Positions 1-9,641 are shown, counted from the stretch's first letter. The stretch is DNA of 54,892 bases from a virus (IMGVR_UViG_2568526312_000015); one strand, 5' to 3'. Program-made: numbers and translations. Notes: generated by a model not told the origin, from the sequence alone.

Positions 1-1254
1 ATGCTGGAACAAATGGGCATTGCCGCGAAGCAAGCCTCGTATAAATTAGCGCAACTCTCCAGCCGCGAAAAAAATCGCGTGCTGGAAAAAATCGCCGATG
101 AACTGGAAGCACAAAGCGAAATCATCCTCAACGCTAACGCCCAGGATGTTGCTGACGCGCGAGCCAATGGCCTTAGCGAAGCGATGCTTGACCGTCTGGC
201 ACTGACGCCCGCACGGCTGAAAGGCATTGCCGACGATGTACGTCAGGTGTGCAACCTCGCCGATCCAGTGGGGCAGGTAATCGATGGCGGCGTACTGGAC
301 AGCGGCCTGCGTCTTGAGCGTCGTCGCGTACCGCTGGGGGTTATTGGCGTGATTTATGAAGCGCGCCCGAACGTGACGGTTGATGTCGCTTCGCTGTGCC
401 TGAAAACCGGTAACGCGGTGATCCTGCGTGGTGGCAAAGAAACCTGTCGCACTAACGCGGCAACGGTGGTGGTGATTCAGGACGCCCTGAAATCCTGTGG
501 CTTACCGGCGGGTGCCGTGCAGGCGATTGATAATCCTGACCGTGCGCTGGTCAGTGAAATGCTGCGTATGGATAAATACATCGACATGCTGATCCCGCGC
601 GGCGGGGCTGGTTTGCATAAACTGTGCCGCGAGCAGTCGACGATCCCGGTGATCACAGGTGGTATAGGCGTATGCCATATTTATGTTGATGAAAGTGCAG
701 AGATTGCTGAAGCCCTGAAAGTAATCGTCAATGCGAAAACTCAGCGTCCGAGCACATGTAATACGGTAGAAACGTTGCTGGTGAATAAAAACATCGCCTA
801 TAGCTTCCTGCCCGCATTAAGCAAACAAATGGCGGAAAGCGGCGTGACGTTACACGCAGATGCATCTGCGCTGGCGCAGTTGCAGACAGGCCCTGCGAAG
901 GTGGTGGCGGTTAAAGCCGAAGAGTATGACGATGAGTTTCTGTCATTAGATTTGAACGTCAAAATCGTCAGCGATCTTGACGATGCCATCGCCCATATTC
1001 GTGAACACGGCACGCAACACTCCGATGCGATCCTGACCCGCGATATGCGCAACGCCCAGCGTTTTGTTAACGAAGTGGATTCGTCCGCTGTTTACGTTAA
1101 CGCCTCTACGCGTTTTACCGACGGCGGCCAGTTTGGACTGGGTGCGGAAGTGGCGGTAAGCACACAAAAACTCCACGCGCGTGGCCCAATGGGGCTGGAA
1201 GCACTGACCACTTACAAGTGGATCGGCATTGGTGATTACACCATTCGTGCGTAA
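1..1254 (+). CDS. proA: gamma-glutamyl phosphate reductase (glutamate-5-semialdehyde dehydrogenase)
   Basis: 417-aa ORF; sequence recognised as near-identical to enterobacterial ProA over its full length; followed by tRNA-Thr as in the E. coli proA–thrW locus. Confidence 0.95.
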
Positions 1255-1368
1255 ATAAAACCGGGTGATGCAAAAGTAGCCGTTTGATTCACAAGGCCAT
1301 TGACGCATCGCCCGGTTAGTTTTAACCTTGTCCACCGTGATTCACGTTCGTGAACATGTCCTTTCAGG

Positions 1369-1444
1369 GCCGATATAGCTCAGTTGGTAGAGCAGCGCAT
1401 TCGTAATGCGAAGGTCGTAGGTTCGACTCCTATTATCGGCACCA
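1369..1444 (+). tRNA. thrW: tRNA-Thr (anticodon CGU)
   Basis: 76-nt sequence GCCGATATAGCTCAGTTGGTAGAGCAGCGCATTCGTAATGCGAAGGTCGTAGGTTCGACTCCTATTATCGGCACCA; cloverleaf arms with anticodon CGT at positions 34-36 and a 3' CCA; lies directly downstream of proA. Confidence 0.93.
1399..1444. repeat. attL core: 46-bp 3' segment of thrW, repeated exactly at 40935..40980
   Basis: Exact 46-bp direct repeat ATTCGTAATGCGAAGGTCGTAGGTTCGACTCCTATTATCGGCACCA at both prophage ends. Confidence 0.85.
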
Positions 1445-1458
1445 TTAAAATCAATAAG

Positions 1459-2622
1459 TTACACATCATTAGTACCTTCCTTATTTTTTGACTGGGACAA
1501 ATTTGGGACCGATGGGTTCAGGATCGAGTCTATTTGCCGTGCGTGTTCGGTAAGGTGATTAGGTGCAAGGTGAGCATATCGACGAACCATTTCGATAGAC
1601 TCCCAGCCTCCCATTTCCTGTAACACTGACAACGGGACTCCGGCTTGAACCAGCCAACTTGCCCAGGTGTGTCTCAAGTCGTGAAATCTGAAATCATCAA
1701 TACCAGCCCGTCTCAGCGCCGCTTTCCAGGCTGTGTTTGCGTCATACCGCATCTTCCTTACTGTTGGCGCTTTCGTTCCGTCTGGTTTGGTACAGCTTTC
1801 CTTGTACACAAATACCCAACGGTGATGATTCCCGATTTGTTTTTTCAATACGCGACATGCAGTATCATTCAGCGCAACGCCAATTGCGCGGTTTGATTTA
1901 CTCTCTTCCGGGTTTATCCATGCCACCCGGCGCTGCATATCTATTTGTTGCCATTCAAGGTTGATGATGTTCGAGCGTCTTAAGCCTGTTGCCAGTGCAA
2001 ATTCAACAACAGACTTTAATGGCTCCGGACATTCATCAATCAGCCTTTGTGCTTCATGGGGCTCCAGCCAGCGGATCCGTTTATTCTTTGGTTGAGGCAC
2101 TTTAATAATTGGTGCCTTATCCAGCATTTTCCATTCACGCTCTGCGGCTCTTAGTAGGGCCTTTATAAATGAAAGATGCGTAGCCTTCGTTGCAACGGAC
2201 GCTGGTTTTGGCGTGTATTCTGGAACAGGTTTCCCTTTTTTTCTGCATGCTTCTGCCCTGAGTTTCCAGTTTTCCTCATGACGCCGGTTCGTCATTTTCT
2301 GCATTGCTGAATAAATTTTTGATTCAGTAATGTCTCTTAGTTGCATTCCTGCGAAATGTTGAAGCCAGAATCCGATCCGGCTTTTGTCATCGTCCAGCGA
2401 TTTTTTATGTGCTTTCTCTTCAAGCCACCTGACACACGCTTCCTCGAACGTTATATCAGGTATTTCACCAAGTTTGCTGACCCGCCATGCTTCAGCCTTT
2501 AGCTTGTCATGGAGTTCTGTCGCCTGCCTTTTGTCCTTTGTTCCAAGAGACTGTTTAAATCTTTTACCGTTCGGCAATGTGAAACTGGCGTACCATATTT
2601 CACCTCTGCGGAAGAGTGACAT
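1459..2622 (-). CDS. int: Tyrosine-type phage integrase (P22/SfV family, thrW-specific)
   Basis: 387-aa ORF recalled as highly similar to P22 Int along its length; C-terminal catalytic region with HxxR and the Y-containing motif (RHTWASW...VRRYAHL); ends 15 nt from the tRNA 3' end. Confidence 0.9.
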   Translation of the reverse strand: MSLFRRGEIWYASFTLPNGKRFKQSLGTKDKRQATELHDKLKAEAWRVSKLGEIPDITFEEACVRWLEEKAHKKSLDDDKSRIGFWLQHFAGMQLRDITESKIYSAMQKMTNRRHEENWKLRAEACRKKGKPVPEYTPKPASVATKATHLSFIKALLRAAEREWKMLDKAPIIKVPQPKNKRIRWLEPHEAQRLIDECPEPLKSVVEFALATGLRRSNIINLEWQQIDMQRRVAWINPEESKSNRAIGVALNDTACRVLKKQIGNHHRWVFVYKESCTKPDGTKAPTVRKMRYDANTAWKAALRRAGIDDFRFHDLRHTWASWLVQAGVPLSVLQEMGGWESIEMVRRYAHLAPNHLTEHARQIDSILNPSVPNLSQSKNKEGTNDV

Positions 2623-2849
2623 TTTCTTTCCTCTGTTATGCCATCACCCGCGCTCACCTGGACAGTATGCAGCGGAGACTGAAGAGCCGCAATGCAGGCT
2701 TGTCGTGTTGTGAGGTAAGGAGATTTATTCTTAGTGGGATCTTTGCGTGTTGCCTGAAGACGCCCTGTGCGTATCCAGTTAATGGCAGTCGGTCTGGATA
2801 TCTTGAGAAAATGACAGGCCTCATCGAGTGTGAGGCTGTATGGCTCCAT
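2499..2849 (-). CDS. xis: Excisionase (Xis), helix-turn-helix
   Basis: Internal ATG at 2849 ([31 protein letters not shown]) overlaps the upstream stop as TAATG; lies immediately upstream of int as in P22. Confidence 0.7.
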   Translation of the reverse strand: MEPYSLTLDEACHFLKISRPTAINWIRTGRLQATRKDPTKNKSPYLTTRQACIAALQSPLHTVQVSAGDGITEERKCHSSAEVKYGTPVSHCRTVKDLNSLLEQRTKGRRQNSMTS

Positions 2850-3154
2850 TATTTCACCTCTTGTTGTGACATTGTTGAAAAATGGATACCTGCTCGTTGC
2901 TGCCAGACGATCCAACCGAGAGTCATATCCCATGCCATGTATTCGTTATCGCCGTTTTTTGCTCTCCGACGATCTACTAAGTCACCGAAACGCTTTTCCA
3001 TGAATAATTCATAAGCTTCGCGTTCATCTGGTTCTACTTCCAGAGATAGGAGTGCGATTTCATAAGCACGGCGCTCAATATCGTCTCGCACGTCAAGGCT
3101 GCTGATACGCTCTTTAATTTCTTTAATCAGTTCTTTGTCGGTAAAAGTGGTCAT
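2849..3154 (-). CDS. Hypothetical early-left protein
   Basis: 101-aa ORF translationally coupled to xis (TAATG overlap). Confidence 0.45.
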   Translation of the reverse strand: MTTFTDKELIKEIKERISSLDVRDDIERRAYEIALLSLEVEPDEREAYELFMEKRFGDLVDRRRAKNGDNEYMAWDMTLGWIVWQQRAGIHFSTMSQQEVK

Positions 3155-3516
3155 TATGCTCCAGCCTCCGGTGCTTTTGGCATTACTGCCCAGTGAGTGA
3201 TATTGACGTTTTCAAGGTCCCCGACCTGAAATGTCCACTGCCATTCTCCGGTTTCTTTTTGTCCCCAGGTGTACCAGAGAGAACGCCAGCCAATTAGCCA
3301 GCCTTCTCCGTTAGCATCGAATAACAAAACACTTTCATTTGCTGGTGGCAGTTCAGTTGACACTGGTATTACTTTGTTTTCCTGTGCTGCACATTTAGCT
3401 TCAAGCGCATCGAATTTACGCACCAGGTATTCAGCATCTGTTTCATTCACTTTCAGATCTCGCGGTACACATCTCCCACGAAGAAACCCTTCCATTTCGA
3501 AAACATTCATGCGCAT
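3154..3516 (-). CDS. Hypothetical early-left protein
   Basis: 120-aa ORF in an operon with its neighbours (overlapping start/stop). Confidence 0.45.
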   Translation of the reverse strand: MRMNVFEMEGFLRGRCVPRDLKVNETDAEYLVRKFDALEAKCAAQENKVIPVSTELPPANESVLLFDANGEGWLIGWRSLWYTWGQKETGEWQWTFQVGDLENVNITHWAVMPKAPEAGA

Positions 3517-4070
3517 TTGCGTAACTCCGATAACTCGTTAAAACGTTCCATAAACATCCCGTAGGCATGGCCCGGTGCCTGTGGAATCACTTTGAACATC
3601 TCTGTTGCCGGGATACCTTCCAGTACAGGCCAGAAAGAGCCATCATCAAGCCCGAGATCGCGGCGTTCGGTTGCCAGCATAATGAGATCGGCATATTTCA
3701 CTGGCGTGCTCATAACAGGAGGTAACCCGTATTTCTCACGTATTACGGCGTCTATTTTTTCTTCCATCCGTTTATAGTCAGGAAGAAGTCGTTTCAGTGG
3801 TGCGGGGATGTCCTGGCAATATGCTTCTGTTGCATCATGCATTAAAGCTTCAAAAGCAAATTCCTGTGGCACCAGCTGGCTGCAAAGCACCGCATGTTGG
3901 GCGACACTGTAGAAGTGTGAAAGATGTCCTGCAAAGCGACAGATATTTGAAAGGGAAACCGCGATATCGTTAATAACGATGTCGTCTTTATTTATCCTGT
4001 CATAATAAAAATGCTTCCCGGAAAAAGTTTTAATAAATGACATTTTGTTCTCCACGTATATGCGCTGCAC
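3507..4070 (-). CDS. HD-domain phosphohydrolase (YfdR-like putative 5'-nucleotidase)
   Basis: 187-aa ORF with an H...HD...D metal-binding pattern (SVAQHAVL ... MHDATEAY ... D). Confidence 0.55.
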   Translation of the reverse strand: MQRIYVENKMSFIKTFSGKHFYYDRINKDDIVINDIAVSLSNICRFAGHLSHFYSVAQHAVLCSQLVPQEFAFEALMHDATEAYCQDIPAPLKRLLPDYKRMEEKIDAVIREKYGLPPVMSTPVKYADLIMLATERRDLGLDDGSFWPVLEGIPATEMFKVIPQAPGHAYGMFMERFNELSELRKCA

Positions 4071-4556
4071 CGCGCTGAATTCGGGTAAAAGGAAGCCCTC
4101 ACCGTCCGGCGATTATTGAGTCAATTACATTTCCATAAATGCCCCCGTAGGGGCGGTTAGTTTCTCCACAAAACAGAGAAGAACACCTGCGGTGGCAGCC
4201 GCCCGGATGGATTGGGTTATGAGCCCGTCGTCCGGTGATGCTCTTCTCTGTTTTGTAAAAAGGACGGTACCAGCCGGAAGCAAGGGTACAAGCTGGTACC
4301 GCTAAGACTACACACAGCATAAAGTTGTGGTGCCGGGTGCCTCCCGGTGCCTGGCGAAGGTTGCACACCAGGCGGGTGGGTATCCACAGAAGGTCGACTG
4401 TCAGCCTCAACCTTAACCCGCGTGCGCTGAGCCGCATTCACCACAACGCTAAGGATTCTCTCTGGTTGAAAATACTTAGCTGTTATGTGCCTGTCTTTTC
4501 ACCACTTCAGGCTCGGTGGTATCCTTTTAAGCCCGTATACATAAAAGGAAAATCAA

Positions 4557-4802
4557 ATGACTTTTGATGAAAAAGAACTTGATAATGCAATTAATAAAAT
4601 CATCGTAACGTCGCTCTTTTCCTGTCTCAGCGACACTCAGCAAAAACAGTTCTACGAATCGGCTTTCAACATGATCGAGCGTTGTTGTTTCTGCGATGCC
4701 GACGAGTTACCTGAAAAAATCAGGAAACAGTTGGCTGATGCTCTTCGAGTGCGACTTTCTGACCAATTTTCTGAAATGTACTCTCCGAATTTGGACAAAT
4801 AG
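4557..4802 (+). CDS. Hypothetical small protein
   Basis: 81-aa ORF, helical-looking; converges on and overlaps 4720..5016. Confidence 0.3.
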   Translation: MTFDEKELDNAINKIIVTSLFSCLSDTQQKQFYESAFNMIERCCFCDADELPEKIRKQLADALRVRLSDQFSEMYSPNLDK

Positions 4803-5016
4803 AAAAAGGCCATTTCCATTCAGGGTCTGATGGAAAGACTTCAGCCTGTTCTAAAGCACGGCGTAAAGAGAACACAACTCCAGCCATAATCTGATGTTTC
4901 CCATTGGTCCAGCTATCGCCGCTCTGATCTACAGGGGCGGCTATGTCGTATGACCAAACGACTTCACAGTTATTGTTTAAAATCTGGACTTTCATTTCAT
5001 ACACCTGCTTTAACAT
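4720..5016 (-). CDS. Hypothetical protein, first leftward gene after the putative OL/PL (N-like position)
   Basis: 98-aa ORF downstream of the cI terminator and the tandem operator-like 15-mers. Confidence 0.3.
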   Translation of the reverse strand: MLKQVYEMKVQILNNNCEVVWSYDIAAPVDQSGDSWTNGKHQIMAGVVFSLRRALEQAEVFPSDPEWKWPFSICPNSESTFQKIGQKVALEEHQPTVS

Positions 5017-5202
5017 GAGTGCCTAGTGGCACAACATGACTCAACGAATCATCCTGGACTTCATATGCCCCAGGCGGCTACTTCGTGGGCGTCCTGCCTG
5101 TTCGTTTTTGACATTTACTGACTGCTTACGACACATGCACCGTGTTGCAACCAGATTTTGTTGTAATCCTGTAGTTGGTCTGGAATAAAAGATAAAATTA
5201 AA

Positions 5203-5239
5203 TTGCGAGATATGCAAGTGGTATTTGCGAGATATGCAA
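5203..5239. promoter_or_regulatory. Two tandem 15-bp near-palindromes TTGCGAGATATGCAA (candidate OL operators)
   Basis: Identical 15-mers at 5203..5217 and 5225..5239, 22 bp apart; same TTGCG-N6-GCAA pattern as sites in the cI–cro intergenic region. Confidence 0.5.
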
Positions 5240-5252
5240 ATTTATAGGTAAT

Positions 5253-5273
5253 AAAAAGCCACCTTTCGGTGGC
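5253..5273 (-). terminator. Rho-independent terminator downstream of cI
   Basis: On the minus strand, GCCACC-GAAA-GGTGGC hairpin followed by a T run. Confidence 0.55.
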
Positions 5274-5293
5274 CGATGGATGGGATATTGAGG

Positions 5294-5986
5294 TTAATTA
5301 TGTCTCTTAAGGGTTTGCGACTGACTGATTAAGACCTTTCCAAAGACCATGAATCGGTGTTCGTTTTCGCTAGTAATTCCCCATTCACGGTAAATCTGGT
5401 TATCAGAAATCACCAGCAGTTTGTCAGGAATCATTTGAAGTCTTTTAACGTATATTTTGTCATCAAAACCAAAGACATATATACCATCACCATCAAACTG
5501 ATTGATGCTGACATCAACGAAGATGAGATCTCCTGGCTCAATGGTTGGACACATACTGTCCCCACGAACGTTGATAACTTTGATGTGATTGGCTGGTCGT
5601 CCGCCGAACATTGATACAGCATTATCAGTTCTGTATTCGATGGCATGAATCACATCAATGACATCACCGCCCTGGATAAGGCCATTTCCCGCACTGGCAC
5701 TGATATCCAGCATTTCAATACGGAACACATCCTTCACCTGCGCAACATCCTCATTATTACTGTTTTTATATACAGTATTACTTTTGTGGGCAGAGGTAAA
5801 GAGATCAGCAATATCAACACCTAAGCTCTTGGCAATATTACTCAGTGTTTGTTCGGTAAATTGTTTTTGCTTACCCGTTTCTAAGCGCGAGATGTTCGCC
5901 GCATCTACTCCTATCGCTTCAGCGAGATCGGCGATTTTCATGTTCTTCGCTTGGCGAAGTTGTCTGACTCGGTTTCCTATGTTCAT
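5294..5986 (-). CDS. cI: CI-type prophage repressor (HTH domain plus S24 LexA-like autopeptidase domain)
   Basis: 230-aa ORF; N-terminal XRE-type HTH, C-terminal GDSM...KR Ser/Lys dyad region; divergent from a cro-like gene. Confidence 0.85.
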   Translation of the reverse strand: MNIGNRVRQLRQAKNMKIADLAEAIGVDAANISRLETGKQKQFTEQTLSNIAKSLGVDIADLFTSAHKSNTVYKNSNNEDVAQVKDVFRIEMLDISASAGNGLIQGGDVIDVIHAIEYRTDNAVSMFGGRPANHIKVINVRGDSMCPTIEPGDLIFVDVSINQFDGDGIYVFGFDDKIYVKRLQMIPDKLLVISDNQIYREWGITSENEHRFMVFGKVLISQSQTLKRHN

Positions 5987-6006
5987 GCGTTTATTACATT
6001 TCTTTA

Positions 6007-6055
6007 TTGCGTGATAAGCAAATCAACTTGCGCAAAATAATTGCGTGAAATAACA
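6007..6055. promoter_or_regulatory. cI–cro intergenic operator/promoter region (three TTGCG-initiated sites)
   Basis: TTGCGTGATAAGCAA at 6007..6021 and further TTGCG sites at 6028 and 6041, between divergent cI and cro. Confidence 0.5.
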
Positions 6056-6083
6056 TGCATAACGCGCAATATTTGGAGGGCGT

Positions 6084-6344
6084 ATGCAATCACCATTACG
6101 AAATGTGCGTAAGGCGCATGGTTTCACTTTGCAGCATGTTGCTGCGGGTGTTCAAGTCAATCCAGCGACGTTGAGTCGTATTGAGAGGCTGGAGCAGATT
6201 CCATCTATCGAGCTTGCAGAACGTTTAGCCAATTTTTTTAAGGGTGAAGTCAGCGAAATGCAGATTCTTTATCCGGCACGTTTTCAATCTAGCCAAAACC
6301 AGAATGGGTTTAAACCACAGGAACAGGAGGTGAACCGTGGGTAA
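6084..6344 (+). CDS. cro: Cro-like HTH regulator
   Basis: 86-aa XRE-type HTH protein divergent from cI; RBS GGAGG upstream. Confidence 0.7.
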   Translation: MQSPLRNVRKAHGFTLQHVAAGVQVNPATLSRIERLEQIPSIELAERLANFFKGEVSEMQILYPARFQSSQNQNGFKPQEQEVNRG

Positions 6345-6888
6345 GCATCACTGGAAAGTAGAAAAACAGCCTGAGTGGTACGTGAAAGCTGTCAGAAAAA
6401 CTATCGCAGCGTTGCCGGGGGGGTACGCTGAAGCTGCTGACTGGCTGGATGTAACAGAGAACGCATTATTTAACCGCCTTCGTGCCGATGGCGATCAGAT
6501 TTTCCCGCTGGGATGGGCAATGATTTTGCAACGTGCTGGTGGAACTCACTTCATTGCTGACGCTGTGGCGCAGTCTGCAAATGGCGTCTTTGTGTCTCTT
6601 CCTGATGTCGAGGATGTGGACAACGCCGATATCAACCAACGCCTGCTGGAGGTCATTGAACAGATCGGCAGTTATTCAAAACAGATTCGTTCAGCAATTG
6701 AAGACGGTGTAGTGGAACCGCATGAGAAGACAGCAATTAACGACGAGCTGTACCTCTCAATTTCGAAGCTGCAGGAGCATGCAGCACTGGTCTACAAAAT
6801 TTTTTGCATTTCAGAAAGTAATGACGCCCGCGAGTGTGCAGCTCCGGGCGCCGTGGCGTGTCGTGACTGTGGAGAAACTAACGCATGA
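6337..6888 (+). CDS. Putative CII-like phage regulatory protein
   Basis: 183-aa ORF immediately after cro; assignment by position and recalled resemblance to the CP76-type CII family; not verified. Confidence 0.4.
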   Translation: MGKHHWKVEKQPEWYVKAVRKTIAALPGGYAEAADWLDVTENALFNRLRADGDQIFPLGWAMILQRAGGTHFIADAVAQSANGVFVSLPDVEDVDNADINQRLLEVIEQIGSYSKQIRSAIEDGVVEPHEKTAINDELYLSISKLQEHAALVYKIFCISESNDARECAAPGAVACRDCGETNA

Positions 6889-7223
6889 ACAGTTTAACAA
6901 CACACTACCGTCGCTCGCAACTGATTGCACTTCCTGTACCGGGTGGAAAAGCGAAGGTGGAGTATTGCTATGCAGTGAATGTACCAGGTGACAGGGAAAT
7001 TGTAACCCACAGCTTTGCAGAGTGGGCTGTGGGTGATTTCAACAGGCAAAAGGAGACAGTCCTTTGCGACAAGTTAACCGCTGGTTCAAAGATCACTACG
7101 GAGTGCCCGTCAGAGTCATTCGTTGGGAACCGGAAACACAACGGGTTATCTACCTCCGCGAAGGCTATGAGCATGAGTGCTTCAGCCCGCTCGAACAGTT
7201 TCGTCGTAAATTCAGGGAAATAG
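6885..7223 (+). CDS. Hypothetical protein (possibly frameshifted)
   Basis: 112-aa ORF with a low-complexity C-terminus; an alternative frame from about 7065 reads as a coherent peptide ending at the rep start. Confidence 0.3.
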   Translation: MNSLTTHYRRSQLIALPVPGGKAKVEYCYAVNVPGDREIVTHSFAEWAVGDFNRQKETVLCDKLTAGSKITTECPSESFVGNRKHNGLSTSAKAMSMSASARSNSFVVNSGK

Positions 7224-7232
7224 AGGTCGGTC

Positions 7233-8174
7233 ATGAGCACTAAATTAACCGGCTATGTATGGGATGGTTGCGCTGCGTCAGGCATGAAGTTATCCAGCGT
7301 GGCAATTATGGCCCGCCTGGCTGATTTCAGTAATGACGAAGGTGTGTGCTGGCCATCAATTGAAACCATTGCCCGCCAGATTGGCGCGGGGATGAGCACC
7401 GTCAGAACGGCTATCGCACGGCTGGAAGCAGAAGGCTGGTTAACGCGTAAGGCGCGTCGCCAGGGTAACCGCAATGCGTCGAATGTTTATCAGCTTAACG
7501 TTGCGAAGCTTCAGGCAGCGGCATTTTCTCAACTGTCAGATTCTGACCCGTCAAAATCTGACGCATCAAAATCTGACCCGTCAAAATTTGATGCGTCGAA
7601 ATCTGGCAAAAAAGCGGGTTTTCACCCGTCAGAATCTGGCGGGGATCCGTCAGTAAAATCAAAACATGATCCGTCAGATAAAAAACCTTCTCGTCCGGAC
7701 GCTTCGCAACCGGACACGCAGACGGATGAACAGGATTTTTTAACTCGCCATCCTGATGCGGTTGTATTCAGCCCTAAAAAGCGCCAGTGGGGGACGCAGG
7801 ATGATTTGACCTGTGCACAGTGGCTCTGGAAAAAAATCATCGCCCTGTACGAGCATGCCGCCGAATGTGACGGCGAGGTGGTTCGTCCCAAAGAACCGAA
7901 CTGGACAGCCTGGGCAAACGAAATTCGCCTGATGTGTGTGCAGGATGGTCGTACTCATAAACAAATCTGCGAGATGTACAGCCGCGTCAGTCGCGATCCG
8001 TTCTGGTGCCGTAACGTGCTCAGCCCGTCGAAGCTGCGGGAAAAATGGGATGAGCTTTCCCTGCGCTTATCGCCGTCCGTCAGCACGTACACCGAAAAAC
8101 GCGAGGACCCGTACTTCAAAGCCAGTTACGACAACGTGGACTACAGCCAGATCCCGGCAGGATTCAGGGGGTGA
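7233..8174 (+). CDS. Replication initiation protein (O-like; N-terminal winged helix; origin iterons inside the gene)
   Basis: 313-aa ORF; repetitive DPSKSD/ASKSD linker encoded by DNA iterons; position after cro/cII. Confidence 0.6.
   Translation: MSTKLTGYVWDGCAASGMKLSSVAIMARLADFSNDEGVCWPSIETIARQIGAGMSTVRTAIARLEAEGWLTRKARRQGNRNASNVYQLNVAKLQAAAFSQLSDSDPSKSDASKSDPSKFDASKSGKKAGFHPSESGGDPSVKSKHDPSDKKPSRPDASQPDTQTDEQDFLTRHPDAVVFSPKKRQWGTQDDLTCAQWLWKKIIALYEHAAECDGEVVRPKEPNWTAWANEIRLMCVQDGRTHKQICEMYSRVSRDPFWCRNVLSPSKLREKWDELSLRLSPSVSTYTEKREDPYFKASYDNVDYSQIPAGFRG
7536..7690. repeat. Origin-like iteron array (five or more copies of about CGTCAAAATCTGA) followed by an A-rich tract
   Basis: Direct repeats seen in the sequence: CCGTCAAAATCTGAC, GCATCAAAATCTGAC, CCGTCAAAATTTGATG, GCGTCGAAATCTGGC, CCGTCAGAATCTGGC. 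Confidence 0.6.
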
Positions 8175-8665
8175 GCATGAGTCTTTTGAATGACGTTCAG
8201 AAATTCATTGAAGCCCATCCGGGCTGTACTTCCGGAGACATTGCGGATGCTTTTGCAGGTTACTCACGGCAGCGCGTTCTGCAGTCTGCAAGCAAGTTAC
8301 GTCAGAGTGGGCGTGTGGCTCACCGTTGTGAAGGGGATACACGCAGACATTTCCCGCGCCTGACTGAGAGAGCGCAGGAGCCGGAACCACAACCAGTTCG
8401 TGAAACCAGACCTGTGCGCAATTTCTATGTCGGCACTAACGATCCCCGGGTGATTTTGTGCCTGACCCGCCAGGCTGAAGAACTGGAGTCCAGGGGCTTA
8501 TACCGTCGTGCTGCAACGGTGTGGATGGCGGCATTCCGTGAAAGCCACTCCCAGCCAGAACGAAACAATTTTCTGGCGCGTTGTGAGCGGTGCTTACGGA
8601 AAAGCAGCAAGCGCGCTGTATCGGGTGAAGAGTGGTATCTGTCAGGGAATTACGTGGGGGCTTAA
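8171..8665 (+). CDS. Hypothetical protein with PerC-like C-terminal region
   Basis: 164-aa ORF; segment AEELESRGLYRRAATVWMAAF resembles the PerC-family signature; low certainty. Confidence 0.4.
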   Translation: MSMSLLNDVQKFIEAHPGCTSGDIADAFAGYSRQRVLQSASKLRQSGRVAHRCEGDTRRHFPRLTERAQEPEPQPVRETRPVRNFYVGTNDPRVILCLTRQAEELESRGLYRRAATVWMAAFRESHSQPERNNFLARCERCLRKSSKRAVSGEEWYLSGNYVGA

Positions 8666-9318
8666 TGAGTAATAAATATTGCCAGGCGCTGGTGGAGCTG
8701 CGGAACAAACCAGCCCATGAACTGAAGGAAGTGGGCGATCAGTGGCGCACGCCGGACAACATTTTCTGGGGAATTAACACCCTGTTTGGCCCGTTTGTTC
8801 TGGATCTGTTCACTGACGGTGATAACGCCAAATGTGCCGCTTATTACACTGCGGAAGACAACGCGCTGGCGCATGACTGGTCAGAACGTCTTGCGGAGCT
8901 TAAAGGTGCTGCCTTTGGTAATCCCCCATACAGCCGCGCCAGTCAGCATGAGGGGCAATACATCACCGGCATGCGTTACATCATGAAGCATGCCAGTGCC
9001 ATGCGTGATAAAGGCGGGCGCTATGTTTTCCTGATCAAAGCTGCCACCAGCGAAGTGTGGTGGCCGGAAGATGCAGATCATATTGCTTTTATTCGCGGGC
9101 GTATTGGTTTTGAACTGCCTGCCTGGTTTATCCCGAAGGATGAGAAGCAGGTGCCGACAGGCGCTTTCTTCGCTGGTGCTATTGCTGTTTTCGACAAGAC
9201 CTGGAAGGGACCGGCAATCAGCTACATCGGGCGCTATGAACTTGAGGCATGTGGTGAGGCCTTTCTGGCGCAGGTTCGCCAGCAGGCAGAAAAACTGGTC
9301 AGGGAGATGGCGGCATGA
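8665..9318 (+). CDS. Phage DNA N6-adenine methyltransferase (Dam-like orphan methylase)
   Basis: NPPY motif (FGNPPYS) and WRTPDNIF N-terminal motif; ATG overlaps the upstream stop (TAATG). Confidence 0.75.
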   Translation: MSNKYCQALVELRNKPAHELKEVGDQWRTPDNIFWGINTLFGPFVLDLFTDGDNAKCAAYYTAEDNALAHDWSERLAELKGAAFGNPPYSRASQHEGQYITGMRYIMKHASAMRDKGGRYVFLIKAATSEVWWPEDADHIAFIRGRIGFELPAWFIPKDEKQVPTGAFFAGAIAVFDKTWKGPAISYIGRYELEACGEAFLAQVRQQAEKLVREMAA

Positions 9319-9641
9319 CGACGTTAACTCAATGCCAGCAGCAGGTGCTGGATATGCTGATTTCTTATCAGAAAGAACGTGGCTTCCCGCCAACCAATCA
9401 GGAGGTGGCAACCATGCTGGGATACCGTTCAGTGAATGCAGCGGTGGAGCATCTTCGCGCACTGGAGAAAAAAGGCGTCATCACGATAAAGCGTGGCGTG
9501 GCCCGGGGGATAACGCTTCATATCGCGGTGAAGGACGACGACAGCGAGGCGGTCGGGATTATCCGCGCACTGCTTGCCGGTGAGGAAAACGCAAGGCTGC
9601 GTGCAACCCACTGGTTACATGAGAGGGACCTGAAAGTATGA
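9315..9641 (+). CDS. LexA N-terminal DNA-binding-domain-like protein (no peptidase domain)
   Basis: 108-aa ORF; first ~70 aa recalled as aligning with the LexA winged-HTH (QQVLDMLISYQKERGFPPTNQEVATMLGYRSVNAAVEHLRALEKKGVI). Confidence 0.55.
   Translation: MTTLTQCQQQVLDMLISYQKERGFPPTNQEVATMLGYRSVNAAVEHLRALEKKGVITIKRGVARGITLHIAVKDDDSEAVGIIRALLAGEENARLRATHWLHERDLKV

Noticed and set aside
798-1335. Minus-strand ORFs of 84 and 129 aa inside proA
   Set aside because: They lie antisense within a well-supported conserved gene and have biased composition typical of shadow ORFs.
4099-4556. Retron (msr-msd ncRNA) reading of the GC-rich inverted-repeat region
   Set aside because: No reverse transcriptase ORF or retron effector gene in the neighbourhood; kept only as an unexplained structured non-coding region.
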